Notes under the pieces: generated by a model | Told to the model about the DNA's origin: nothing | Seen by the model: only the letters and a program-made list of their open reading frames with translations | The model's database searches: none | Virus record (IMG/VR): IMGVR_UViG_3300025288_000012 | Span: 64,001-128,000 of that record | DNA from: a virus | DNA: 64,000 nt | Reading direction: 5' to 3' (one strand) | Program-made: the position numbers and the translations under genes | In this document: in pieces, positions 19,301 to 27,171 of the stretch | Numbering within the stretch: position 1 is the first letter of the stretch | Layout of the letters: each line of letters opens with the position of its first letter

Positions 19301-19478
19301 TGACAGCAGTGATAAAATTTGGTACAATGGTTACGAAGAAATTTACGAAATTGTATTTGAAGATGGCTCTATCTTTGAGTGTACTCCCATTCATAAACTT
19401 TTTGTACGAATTGGTAAACATATCGTAGAAGTTGAAGCACAATACTTGAAAGGAGACGAAGATATTGTGTCCTACTAA
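16392..19478 (+). CDS. nrdJ: class II (B12-dependent) ribonucleotide reductase, N-terminal part; contains one intein and ends in a split-intein N-half
   Basis: PAGRIYSNAG, INCTV, GGRRGAQM, ATNP|CGEQPL, ACLLGSLNL, SLAPTG|C. Confidence 0.93.
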   Translation: MLFTTSGMGMNIGLQEASFDIWDTKYRLRDSEGNPVDKDLEASRRRVATALAEAEPAEMRASYEKLYYDALEYAIPAGRIYSNAGASDHKRAVSLINCTVSDTIQDSMDSILMKLYESGLTLRAGCGIGYEFSTLRPKGSFVFGAGAVTSGPLSFMDVYDKTCFTISSAGGRRGAQMATFDISHPDVLEFIRAKREDGRLRQFNLSVLVTDEFIHAVKNDLTWVFKWDGKPYGNPIPAKELWDIIMKSTYNFAEPGFLLVDRINHYNNLWFCENLRATNPCVTGDTLVAVAGRGPVPIKQLAEEGVDIPVYGYDFETGKTVVKYGRNPRRTGIGHKVYRVTLDDGSSFKGNAKHKVPLRDGSIVGIEDLVGGESLVPFVLKDDRYGTFVQTTDGYSKDYQLLLNCKYYGTDLDFGTGVGKIHSHHVDGDHFNNDMDNLEAMYHEEHTSHHLTEANYGVVSQGRVQPLKVRKTKHSKTTRRLIGLKTLARFSNNPAFKANHRAAVAEAMQKPETRALLSKVKTKDRQVLSCVCEGCETPFNLTVIVGRTSPQRFCSQSCAAAHNSAIAANTPRTQETLDAISKGSKAFAATRKGRKSKRAAGSASIVQSSLKCGSMMLHLGHKISARTWDSLKYVLHEAGIKPTIGAAWIDNQWDGDWKAFTKECKAYNHKVVSIEYVGREDVYNLTVDDVHNYCIVTKSWKDKGITYWTGVLQKNCGEQPLPPYGACLLGSLNLTKFVLNPFTSAATFDFSKYEEIIKIFTRMLDNVVESNGLPLIQQRHEIESKRRHGMGFLGLGSTLTMLGMTYGSPESVAFTSEVTKCLAMTSFDAGVDLAIEKGEAPILQQEFNSVELQNSPNGRFNTNMRYANETYTGRQLLLQSHYFDAWRSDERGSAILKRIKKHGCRFTHATSLAPTGCCLSSTKIITDAGIKSYQSIMEENGIDWKSIEKTNEKQWLPLKPFTLPSLDNYADSSDKIWYNGYEEIYEIVFEDGSIFECTPIHKLFVRIGKHIVEVEAQYLKGDEDIVSY
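17232..18536 (+). mobile_element. NrdJ intein 1 (435 aa) with HNH endonuclease and Cys-rich Zn motif
   Basis: CVTGDT.., HHVDGDHFNNDMDNLE..H, CVCEGC..FCSQSC, ends VLQKN; +1 is the catalytic Cys of NPCGE. Confidence 0.92.
19140..19478 (+). mobile_element. split intein N-half (112 aa) in NrdJ
   Basis: APTG|CCLSSTKIITDAG block A, ECTPIHKLF block B, then stop. Confidence 0.9.
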
Positions 19479-19553
19479 GACTTAATCTGCTAGGTGCAAT
19501 CGAGCAATCATCACTGTAATTTAATGATGTTAAAATAGTGGAGATTGCACCAG

Positions 19554-20858
19554 ATGAAAAATCTACCAATAGACTGCATATTAGGTTGGTATTCCAAGTC
19601 GTTTAAGTGGTTTTCTGAGCATTCCACTTCGGAATTAAAGAGAGAACTAGTTGCACTACCTAAGTCGCAATTAAGAATTTTATACGGAACTCCAGCTGGG
19701 TATGACAACTCAATGTTTTCTAAGGTACCAGAATACGTTTTGCGAAACGGTCTTTTATACGCAAAAAAATTTAACGATAGACATGCAGCATTCAAGTACA
19801 TTAAGTATACTCTTGAGTTGGATACTTTAGACCATTTGATTCCCGGTCAGTTTGGTATATTTCTTGAGCTTTTATTGAAGCGGGGCGTTACATTGCAGCC
19901 TAAGACTAGGGAGTACGCGGTTGCAAAATACGGAGAAGCGTTAGGTCCATATTATCGTACAAAGGTTTTAGCTAAGGCAAACCCATACAGCGTAGAGGCC
20001 GTTATGACTAGGAACGGTCTATGCAAGTCTGATGCCTTAAAAGTAATAGAAGAGCGCAAGAAAGCAACTTCAGGATCTTTAGAAACTTTTGTAAAACGCT
20101 ACGGTGCAAAGGAAGGAAGTCGAAGGCACAAACTTTTCGGGCAACGCTCCTCACATACTAAAGAGAAATTTAAAGAGAAATACGGCAAAAGGTGGGCAAA
20201 GAAATGGAGATCTTATAGAAGATCGAAGGATAGCTCTTCATTAGAATTCTGGATAACGAAATTGGGTCCAGAACTCGGTCCTGCAGCGTACAAAAAGAAA
20301 ATTTTAGCCTGTACGTTTAACTACGAGGAGTGCTTGCTAAAATTTGACGGTGATGAAAAGAATGCAAGCAAATTCTACAGAGACTACTGTTTACGAAAAA
20401 CAAGACATTGGAGAGGTGCTGGTAATGGAGGTGCTCTAACAAAAGAATCTAAAAAGTTTTTCAATCCTATACTTGACTATTTGGATGAAATAGGAATTGA
20501 CTATATAATAGGTGACTCACGTGGTGGTAAAGAATACTACATCTGGGATAATTTTCAGAAGAAAATTAGGTATTATGACTTCTGCATTCCTGATATCAAA
20601 TACATAATAGAGTTTGATGGTGGTACACATCCTAGTCCTTTGCTCTCAAAAAATGAGCTTAGAACTTGGCGGTGTTTTTTAAGTGGTGTTTCAGCACAAA
20701 CCCGATTAGAAGATGACAATAGAAAAGAATACTTAGCAGTTAGAAAGGGATTCACCTTTAGCCGCATACACGTGGACGAGTTTAGGGCCGATCCACATAT
20801 GCAAATTAAAAAGCATTTGAACCAAATAACTAAACTTCTTAAAAAGGAAAGACCGTGA
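19554..20858 (+). CDS. free-standing Vsr/DUF559-like homing endonuclease between the split-intein halves
   Basis: YYDFCIPDIKYIIEFDG..H..DDNRKEYLAVRKGF; repeated F..KYG units; visibly AT-richer than the flanks; GGAG RBS before ATG 19554. Confidence 0.75.
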   Translation: MKNLPIDCILGWYSKSFKWFSEHSTSELKRELVALPKSQLRILYGTPAGYDNSMFSKVPEYVLRNGLLYAKKFNDRHAAFKYIKYTLELDTLDHLIPGQFGIFLELLLKRGVTLQPKTREYAVAKYGEALGPYYRTKVLAKANPYSVEAVMTRNGLCKSDALKVIEERKKATSGSLETFVKRYGAKEGSRRHKLFGQRSSHTKEKFKEKYGKRWAKKWRSYRRSKDSSSLEFWITKLGPELGPAAYKKKILACTFNYEECLLKFDGDEKNASKFYRDYCLRKTRHWRGAGNGGALTKESKKFFNPILDYLDEIGIDYIIGDSRGGKEYYIWDNFQKKIRYYDFCIPDIKYIIEFDGGTHPSPLLSKNELRTWRCFLSGVSAQTRLEDDNRKEYLAVRKGFTFSRIHVDEFRADPHMQIKKHLNQITKLLKKERP

Positions 20859-21595
20859 AGATATCGTCAGTGCGAAAAACAGGTTTTAAGAAACCTACCT
20901 GGGATATTGAGGTAAGAGAAAAACACTGCTATCAACTTTCTAATGGAGTTTTGTCTCATAACACAATCGCTTTGTCACTGGGCGACAACTGCTCAAATGG
21001 TATCGAGCCGAGTTACTCACACAGCTACGTGCGCAACGTTATCCGCGAAGGCCGCAATGCCAAGGAAGCAGTTATGGTGTACTCTCACGAGTTCCGAGTG
21101 TACAAGCACCTAGTTGAGAACGAAGGCTTGCCCCATACTATTACACCTGAGCAGAAAGCTCAAATGATTGAGCAGGACCTAGATCCAAATGTGCCGCATC
21201 CTCGGTTCATGCCAGAGTGTTTCAGTACAACTGATACCATAGATCCTGAGCACCACATTGATATTCAAGCTGCTGCCCAAACGTGGATTGATAGCTCTAT
21301 CTCTAAGACTATCAATGTACCTACGGACTTTCCCTTCGAGAAGTTCTCAGACATCTATCTCAAGGCGTATGACGCTGGACTTAAAGGCTGTACTACGTTC
21401 CGGTTCAATCCAGAGGCGTTCAGTGGAGTCCTTGTGAAAGAGGAAGACCTGAAGAACACAAACTACACGTTCGTCCTTCAATCAGGTGAGGAGAGAACAT
21501 ACAGTGGAAATACTCTTATTGAGTATGAAGGTCAGACACAGACTGCCGCAAATCTGTTCGACGCTGTTAAAGAAAACTACTTCGGAAAGCACTGA
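20855..21595 (+). CDS. nrdJ: class II RNR C-terminal part, beginning with a 36-aa split-intein C-half
   Basis: MKISSVRK..TWDIEV..SNGVLSHN|TIALSLG..SNGIEP; DSSISKTINVP; LKGCTTFR. Confidence 0.92.
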   Translation: MKISSVRKTGFKKPTWDIEVREKHCYQLSNGVLSHNTIALSLGDNCSNGIEPSYSHSYVRNVIREGRNAKEAVMVYSHEFRVYKHLVENEGLPHTITPEQKAQMIEQDLDPNVPHPRFMPECFSTTDTIDPEHHIDIQAAAQTWIDSSISKTINVPTDFPFEKFSDIYLKAYDAGLKGCTTFRFNPEAFSGVLVKEEDLKNTNYTFVLQSGEERTYSGNTLIEYEGQTQTAANLFDAVKENYFGKH

Positions 21596-21596
21596 A

Positions 21597-22223
21597 ATGC
21601 ACACCACTACTCCCGCTAAAATAACCGAAAAAATTGTGTCAGTCAAGCTCAGCGAGTCGGCACCTGTTCCGCTTCAATCACTTCATGAGAAGATGAAGCG
21701 GCCCAAAAAGCTACCTGCTACTGCGTATCAACTTCGGACACCCTTGGCAAACAGTTCAGTTTACATACTCGTAAGTGACATAGTCCTTAATGAAGGAACT
21801 GCAAACGAGTCGCGTCGTCCTTTTGAGATCTTCATCAACTCCAAGGAGATGGAGAACTTTCAATGGATCGTTGCACTGACTCGTATGCTGAGTGCTGTGT
21901 TCCGTAAAGGCGGTGACGTTGCTTTTGTAGTCGAGGAACTGAAGGAAGTTTTCGATCCTCGTGGTGGTTACCTATCCAAGTCTGGTTATATTCCTTCTCT
22001 TGTAGCTGAGATCGGAATGGTATTGGAGGAGCATTTCACCATGCTGGGAATAATAAAGAAAGATGACTCGCTGACTAAGGCCATCGAGGAAAAGAAAGCA
22101 CAGCACCTAGCGAAAGGTGGGTCAATCAACGGTGCAACTTGTCCGAAGTGTGGATCCCCCACGTTGGTTCCTCTTGATGGATGCCCAACGTGTCTTACTT
22201 GTGGACATAGTAAGTGCGGCTAG
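21597..22223 (+). CDS. NrdJb-like (TSCPD domain) subunit with C-terminal Zn ribbon
   Basis: RPFEIFINSK, ALTRMLSAVFRKGG, CPKCG..GCPTCLTCGHSKCG. Confidence 0.85.
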   Translation: MHTTTPAKITEKIVSVKLSESAPVPLQSLHEKMKRPKKLPATAYQLRTPLANSSVYILVSDIVLNEGTANESRRPFEIFINSKEMENFQWIVALTRMLSAVFRKGGDVAFVVEELKEVFDPRGGYLSKSGYIPSLVAEIGMVLEEHFTMLGIIKKDDSLTKAIEEKKAQHLAKGGSINGATCPKCGSPTLVPLDGCPTCLTCGHSKCG

Positions 22224-22362
22224 GCGTGGAAACGGAAGATCAAGTAGTGCCTGATGGAGCTGCTGCACCAGTCGTTAAACTCTAGCAGCTCCTGAGGAAC
22301 ATACAGCTCCTCCAACTTTCCAACTTTCCACTATCCGTAAGGGATAGCACTAAAGGTGCTCT

Positions 22363-22833
22363 ATGTTTGTTACTCGCGGTAAGCTGCTGGCTTTTGATTT
22401 CGTCAAACTAGATAGTGACTTTGACCAGGACAGACTACTAGCACGAATTAGACATTCGTTTTCAGCCCACTCTGGTTTCATTGCCTTCTACGGGTTTTTG
22501 AACTACAGCAACATTGGGCATCAACGACTAGAGCACCTTTTCAATCAACGACTCGAGTTGCATTTTGCTGACGAGAATTGTGACTTGAGGCAGACTGTTG
22601 CCGGTCCAAGATTGTTCGGCTTCGATCTTCCACTTCAACTTGGTTTCGACAAGCAAGCAAAGATCAAAGCACTGTCAGCCTTGGGCGTCAACTGCCTAAA
22701 ATGTTTGGGCACAGCTACCCCATCAATCTGGGGTAGTTCCATTATGACTGCACCAGGTGAATTTTTTAAGTCGAAGTACAACTTTCGTGCCGACAACGCA
22801 TGTACGTTAGGTGATTTTCTACTCTTGAGGTGA
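22363..22833 (+). CDS. hypothetical protein
   Basis: 156-aa ORF after RBS AAAGGTG. Confidence 0.6.
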   Translation: MFVTRGKLLAFDFVKLDSDFDQDRLLARIRHSFSAHSGFIAFYGFLNYSNIGHQRLEHLFNQRLELHFADENCDLRQTVAGPRLFGFDLPLQLGFDKQAKIKALSALGVNCLKCLGTATPSIWGSSIMTAPGEFFKSKYNFRADNACTLGDFLLLR

Positions 22834-22837
22834 GGCT

Positions 22838-23038
22838 ATGACACACAATGAACTTCTTGCACTGCGTCCGGGTGACGTTATACACCATGAGTTCTTCAAA
22901 GACACAGTGATGGTTTCGGCAAACTACGGTGGCCGAGTTACAGCAGTAAGGACGTATGACGTTACCAACCCCTCCGAGTGGAAGGTAGTTGCAAAAGTAT
23001 CCTATGACGACAATAAGGAACAGCACGACAATGGTTGA
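22838..23038 (+). CDS. hypothetical protein
   Basis: GAGGTGAGG RBS, 66 aa. Confidence 0.6.
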   Translation: MTHNELLALRPGDVIHHEFFKDTVMVSANYGGRVTAVRTYDVTNPSEWKVVAKVSYDDNKEQHDNG

Positions 23039-23738
23039 CGTCGTTAGAAACACAAGCTTATCACCAACGGTGTCAATCATGTTTCTTACGGGGAACATGC
23101 ACTCAGGTAAGGATACCTTCGCCGACTTCTTGCTGACTGCCACAGACAACTCTGTAAAAATCGGAATGTCTGATGCTATAATAAGTGTTGCCTCGTACCT
23201 GTACAACCTTTACGACCCGAGCGCTTGGACGGACCAAGAGCAGCGAAAAGTACCCCGTAAAGAATTAGGTGGGAAAACTACCCGGGATATTTTGCGCTGC
23301 GTTGGTGACTCTCTTAGAGAGAAGGATCCTTACGTTTGGACCAGACTTATGGTTCGTACCTTATATGAACTCACGCGCACGGGTGACAAAAAATTGATCG
23401 TGGTAACTGGAATACGACTTATCTCTGAAGCCTTTGTTGCCCGTTCTATTGGAAGCTTAGTTGGCCTTTCAAGAAAATCCCTTACAGTGGATGACACACC
23501 AACTGAACGGGAAGTATCTTTCATCCTGGAAAATTTATGCCACAGCGTAGTAAAAAACGACGGCACTCTATCTGATCTTAAGATAGAGGCATTAAGAGAA
23601 CTGGCGTACTGCCCGAAGCTTACGCCACGTTCTACACTTGAACTCCAGACTCTTGAGTCCACAAACTTCCTTAGTCTTAAAAGTAGTATCGATCTTCATC
23701 AACTATCATTTAAGGAAAAATCATGTTTGACATGTTGA
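23031..23738 (+). CDS. deoxynucleoside monophosphate kinase (T4 gp1/T5 dnk-like)
   Basis: P-loop GNMHSGKDT, TRDILRCVG, YVW, VTGIR..E. Confidence 0.75.
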   Translation: MVDVVRNTSLSPTVSIMFLTGNMHSGKDTFADFLLTATDNSVKIGMSDAIISVASYLYNLYDPSAWTDQEQRKVPRKELGGKTTRDILRCVGDSLREKDPYVWTRLMVRTLYELTRTGDKKLIVVTGIRLISEAFVARSIGSLVGLSRKSLTVDDTPTEREVSFILENLCHSVVKNDGTLSDLKIEALRELAYCPKLTPRSTLELQTLESTNFLSLKSSIDLHQLSFKEKSCLTC

Positions 23739-24199
23739 CCCAACTTTCATTCGCTGCAGTAGGTATCAAGGCCAAGCGTCTACATCCAAAGGCTATTTTA
23801 CCTCAGGTGATGACTCCGGGATCAGCTGCTGCTGATCTTTATGCTGTTGAGGATCAGTGGCTTCACCCCAACAAGCCTACGTTGTTCGGCACCGGCTGGG
23901 CTTTTGAGCTGCCTAGCAACATGCTGTACTTTGAAGTTGTACCGCGTTCAGGTCTGGCGTACAAGGAAAACATGACTGTGGCAAACAGTCCTGCCACTAT
24001 CGACTTCGACTATCGGGGTGAGCTGAAGGTCATGCTGTACAACCGTACTGGTCAGCCTATCAATATAAAGGCAGGTGAGCGTATGGCACAGCTGATAGTC
24101 GGCATTACCTTTACATCAATGGTGCCTTTCAACGAAGTTGAAGAACTTACCAGCACCGAACGTGGTGAGGGTGGATTCGGTTCAACCGGAAAGAGCTAG
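23723..24199 (+). CDS. dut: trimeric dUTPase
   Basis: SAAADL, PRSGLA, TIDFDYRGE, GERMAQL, RGEGGFGSTG. Confidence 0.95.
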   Translation: MFDMLTQLSFAAVGIKAKRLHPKAILPQVMTPGSAAADLYAVEDQWLHPNKPTLFGTGWAFELPSNMLYFEVVPRSGLAYKENMTVANSPATIDFDYRGELKVMLYNRTGQPINIKAGERMAQLIVGITFTSMVPFNEVEELTSTERGEGGFGSTGKS

Positions 24200-24207
24200 G
24201 AACTTTA

Positions 24208-24525
24208 ATGCACACCGAACCCAAAACATGCCTCACCGATGGAAGCCCTCCTGATCTCGACTACGACAAGATTGGTGAGAACGGCCAGCAGAAAGACTAT
24301 CTGGTCCTTTGCCCGGAGGAGAGAGCTAGAGGTTTCATTCGCCCTGTCAGGCAGAGTTATCGTCATACAAAATGCGGTGCCGTAACTACTATGCAACTGG
24401 CACTTGCTGAGACTTACGCAAGAGACCCGAAGTTCTATTCAGGTACCTATTGCGTAGGCTGTGGTGCGCATTTCCCTGTTGCAGAGTTCACTTGGGAGCC
24501 TGACGGCTCAGTTCTAGGGTCTTAG
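24208..24525 (+). CDS. hypothetical Zn-binding protein
   Basis: H.KCG..T..AETYARDP.FY..TYCVGC..HFP. Confidence 0.7.
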   Translation: MHTEPKTCLTDGSPPDLDYDKIGENGQQKDYLVLCPEERARGFIRPVRQSYRHTKCGAVTTMQLALAETYARDPKFYSGTYCVGCGAHFPVAEFTWEPDGSVLGS

Positions 24526-24526
24526 C

Positions 24527-24862
24527 ATGATCTGTATCATCGTATGCCTGTGCGGCTCGTCACGCTTCTACGGTGCTTTTCAAGAGCACCTGTACCTTGA
24601 AGAGCCGAAGGGAAAAATCATCCTTACCATGGGTTTCTTACCTCACGTTGGTCCGAACGATCCATCATGGTATGTTGGGCATCACTGAAGAGCAGAAAGA
24701 AATGCTGGATACCCTTCTCCATCGTAAGATAGACCTTGCCGATGAAATTCTAGTCTTGAACGTAGGAGGCCACATATGTAAATCAACTGCGCGTGAGATC
24801 GAGTATGCTCTTAACCAAGGCAAATCATTAACTACTTGGAGCCACTAAATGGCGTCTAACCA
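24527..24862 (+). pseudogene. frameshifted small Rossmannoid (nucleoside deoxyribosyltransferase-like) gene
   Basis: N-part IVCLCGSSRF..GKIILTMG, core RKIDLADEILVLNVGG..STAREIEYA and tail INYLEP do not share a continuous frame. Confidence 0.6.
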
Positions 24863-25103
24863 TCCCCAACGTAAGAAAAAACAAAACGTAACAAAGCCGG
24901 AAGAGTTGACGCTAGACGCGCTCCGAAAGCTCATAAGCTCAAAGTACGGTCGGTTCCCACCGTACAAGCTTGCACATCCTGAATCCGTGGTTGTTGCAGT
25001 GTATATGTTCAACCACGAGCAAGATATGCAGCTACTGCAATTCCAGTCATTCCTTCTCCGGACCTTAACAGCCTTCCAGCACGGTAGACTTCAGTCCCAG
25101 TGA
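24849..25103 (+). CDS. hypothetical protein
   Basis: 84-aa ORF. Confidence 0.5.
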   Translation: MASNHPQRKKKQNVTKPEELTLDALRKLISSKYGRFPPYKLAHPESVVVAVYMFNHEQDMQLLQFQSFLLRTLTAFQHGRLQSQ

Positions 25104-25134
25104 TCATCTTCAAATAACCTAAAGGAAAAATCTC

Positions 25135-26544
25135 ATGAACACCACCGATGTAAATCAAAAGGTATTCGTCGTAGATCAGTTGGAACCTGAAGTTACAGCT
25201 ATGCTACAGGCGTTCTACTCGCGTTCGGATACGTCTATCGAAGACCGGCTGTCCACACTTGGTACTGACAGTGCAAAAATCAAAGAAAATCTGAAGAAGT
25301 GGTACATCGGCTACGGTCACTCCAGCATTGCGGACTGCGGCGACACTACTCTGTTCATCGAGAACGTGTCCATCATTGCAGCTAAGGCCATTCAGGATGA
25401 CCCGCTGTACAACGGTCAAGAAACATCGACTCGCTATTTTGACTTCGAGCATCGGGCATTTGTTAGCCCGTTCGGTTCCACCTACAGGGAACTCGCCACA
25501 GTTCAGCAACGGCTAGTTGACCTGTATGCCCGTATGCGACCTCTAGTTCTGGATCGTATTCGTAGCGCCCATCCCTTCTACTTCAACGAGTCTTCTGAGG
25601 ACTCTTCGCAGATGCAACTGAAGAAGTGGGAGAATGCAACTAACGCAAGGTCGTTCGACATTGTGCGCGGTCTTCTGCCTGCCGGCATGACTACCCAACT
25701 AAGCTGGAAGGGAAGCCTACGTCGCATTTCCGAGAGGCTTAACACACTCTCCGACCATCCGTGCTCTGAGATCAGTATGCTGGCGCAGTCCGTAAATGCG
25801 CAACTCGTGGAGCGTTATCCTAGTTCGTTCAAGCCTATCGCTGAAGACTCCAGCTCATTGCCTTGTCCCTTCTACGATCTTGACTCTCCTTGCACTGACC
25901 TAGGTTTTGAAATCGGAGCCTTGCACTACAGCTACACGAACTTCAGGGAGTTCAATGACTCCCAGTACTACAAGGCGTTCCTGCTTAACCGTGATCGTAA
26001 GACGCAAGTTCCCAACTTTTTCAACTTCTACGGGCAGTTCCAGTTCGAGTTTCTACTTGACTACGGTTCATTCCGTGACATCCAGCGTCATCGTAATGGA
26101 CTTACACCCTTGCCTATGCTCGGAGCCTACTCCATAAATGGAGTGCCGAACATGTTTCATCCCTGGTACTTGGAGCAGCTGGGTGACCTACGAGAAGAGG
26201 TTGAGTCTGAGCTGAGTGAAATCTACTCTACCATCGACGAAGTATTGCTCGAGTGTGCGGCATTGAACCTTGACATGCACGTTGCCCATGCGCAGATGCA
26301 GTACTACTACCCGATGGGAACCATAGTCCCAGTCAGCGTCATCTACGGACTGGCTGAGGCTATCTATGTAAGCGAGCTTCGCACCCAGGCAACGGTTCAT
26401 CCCACACTTCGTGTAGTTGCACATGGTATCGCTGAAGCCGTAAAGGAAGTCTTCCCTGACATTGCACTTCACATTGACAAATCTGAAGACGGATTCGTTC
26501 TTCGTCGGGGTAGTCAAGACATCTTTGAACAGACCGGAGTCTGA
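25135..26544 (+). CDS. thyX: FAD-dependent thymidylate synthase, tandem-domain ThyX type
   Basis: GYGHSSIAD, QETSTRY, DYGSFRDIQRHR; between dut and tmk. Confidence 0.8.
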   Translation: MNTTDVNQKVFVVDQLEPEVTAMLQAFYSRSDTSIEDRLSTLGTDSAKIKENLKKWYIGYGHSSIADCGDTTLFIENVSIIAAKAIQDDPLYNGQETSTRYFDFEHRAFVSPFGSTYRELATVQQRLVDLYARMRPLVLDRIRSAHPFYFNESSEDSSQMQLKKWENATNARSFDIVRGLLPAGMTTQLSWKGSLRRISERLNTLSDHPCSEISMLAQSVNAQLVERYPSSFKPIAEDSSSLPCPFYDLDSPCTDLGFEIGALHYSYTNFREFNDSQYYKAFLLNRDRKTQVPNFFNFYGQFQFEFLLDYGSFRDIQRHRNGLTPLPMLGAYSINGVPNMFHPWYLEQLGDLREEVESELSEIYSTIDEVLLECAALNLDMHVAHAQMQYYYPMGTIVPVSVIYGLAEAIYVSELRTQATVHPTLRVVAHGIAEAVKEVFPDIALHIDKSEDGFVLRRGSQDIFEQTGV

Positions 26545-26545
26545 T

Positions 26546-27166
26546 ATGACTAGCGGAAAGTTCATAGTAGTAGAAGGCATTGATGGTTCGGGAAAAACCA
26601 CCCAAACAAAGCTTCTGGAAGAACGGCTCGGTGAAATGGGCATCCAGACTATACTTACTCGTGAACCAGGTGGCACTGAGCTTGGTGAACGTCTTCGGAC
26701 GTTTGCCTTCGCCAACAAGTTTCCGTCTGACCTGGACTCCTGCCTTATGTACAGCGCCCGTTTACTCAATCTGGAGCAGACTATTCGTCCTGCTCTCGAG
26801 TGTGGTATATGGGTAATATGCGATCGGTTCACAAGCTCTACGTGGGCGTATCAGTCTGGGGCATCCATTGATGTACTGGTAGCCCTCGATAAGGCTCTGG
26901 TAAACTCTGGTTTGCCCATGCCCGATCTTGAGTTCTTCCTAACTCTTGACCATGCGACCTCAGCTGCTAGACGTCGAAATCGAGCTGGTGATGCAGTTAG
27001 ATTTGAAGAGCAATTGGAAGTTACTGAACGGGCGTACGCTAGTCGTTACCGCGAGCACCCGCCAGCTTGGCCAGTCAAAGAAATTTATGCAGGACAAGGA
27101 CTGGCAAAAGTAACTGATGCCATCATGACTAATATTATTGAGCTGGTTAGCTTACCCCGGAGTTAG
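26546..27166 (+). CDS. tmk: thymidylate kinase
   Basis: FIVVEGIDGSGKTTQ, TREPGG, DRFTSSTWAYQ. Confidence 0.95.
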   Translation: MTSGKFIVVEGIDGSGKTTQTKLLEERLGEMGIQTILTREPGGTELGERLRTFAFANKFPSDLDSCLMYSARLLNLEQTIRPALECGIWVICDRFTSSTWAYQSGASIDVLVALDKALVNSGLPMPDLEFFLTLDHATSAARRRNRAGDAVRFEEQLEVTERAYASRYREHPPAWPVKEIYAGQGLAKVTDAIMTNIIELVSLPRS

Positions 27167-27171
27167 TACAA

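Noticed and set aside
19479-20854. Group I intron interrupting nrdJ
   Set aside because: Both flanks encode complementary intein blocks, the upstream half has its own stop and the downstream half its own RBS and start. The ORF fills nearly the whole insert, leaving no room for an intron core.
22250-22310. Hammerhead ribozyme (CTGATG next to a stem)
   Set aside because: The core reads CTGATGG rather than CUGAUGA, and no correctly placed GAAA or stem III was found.
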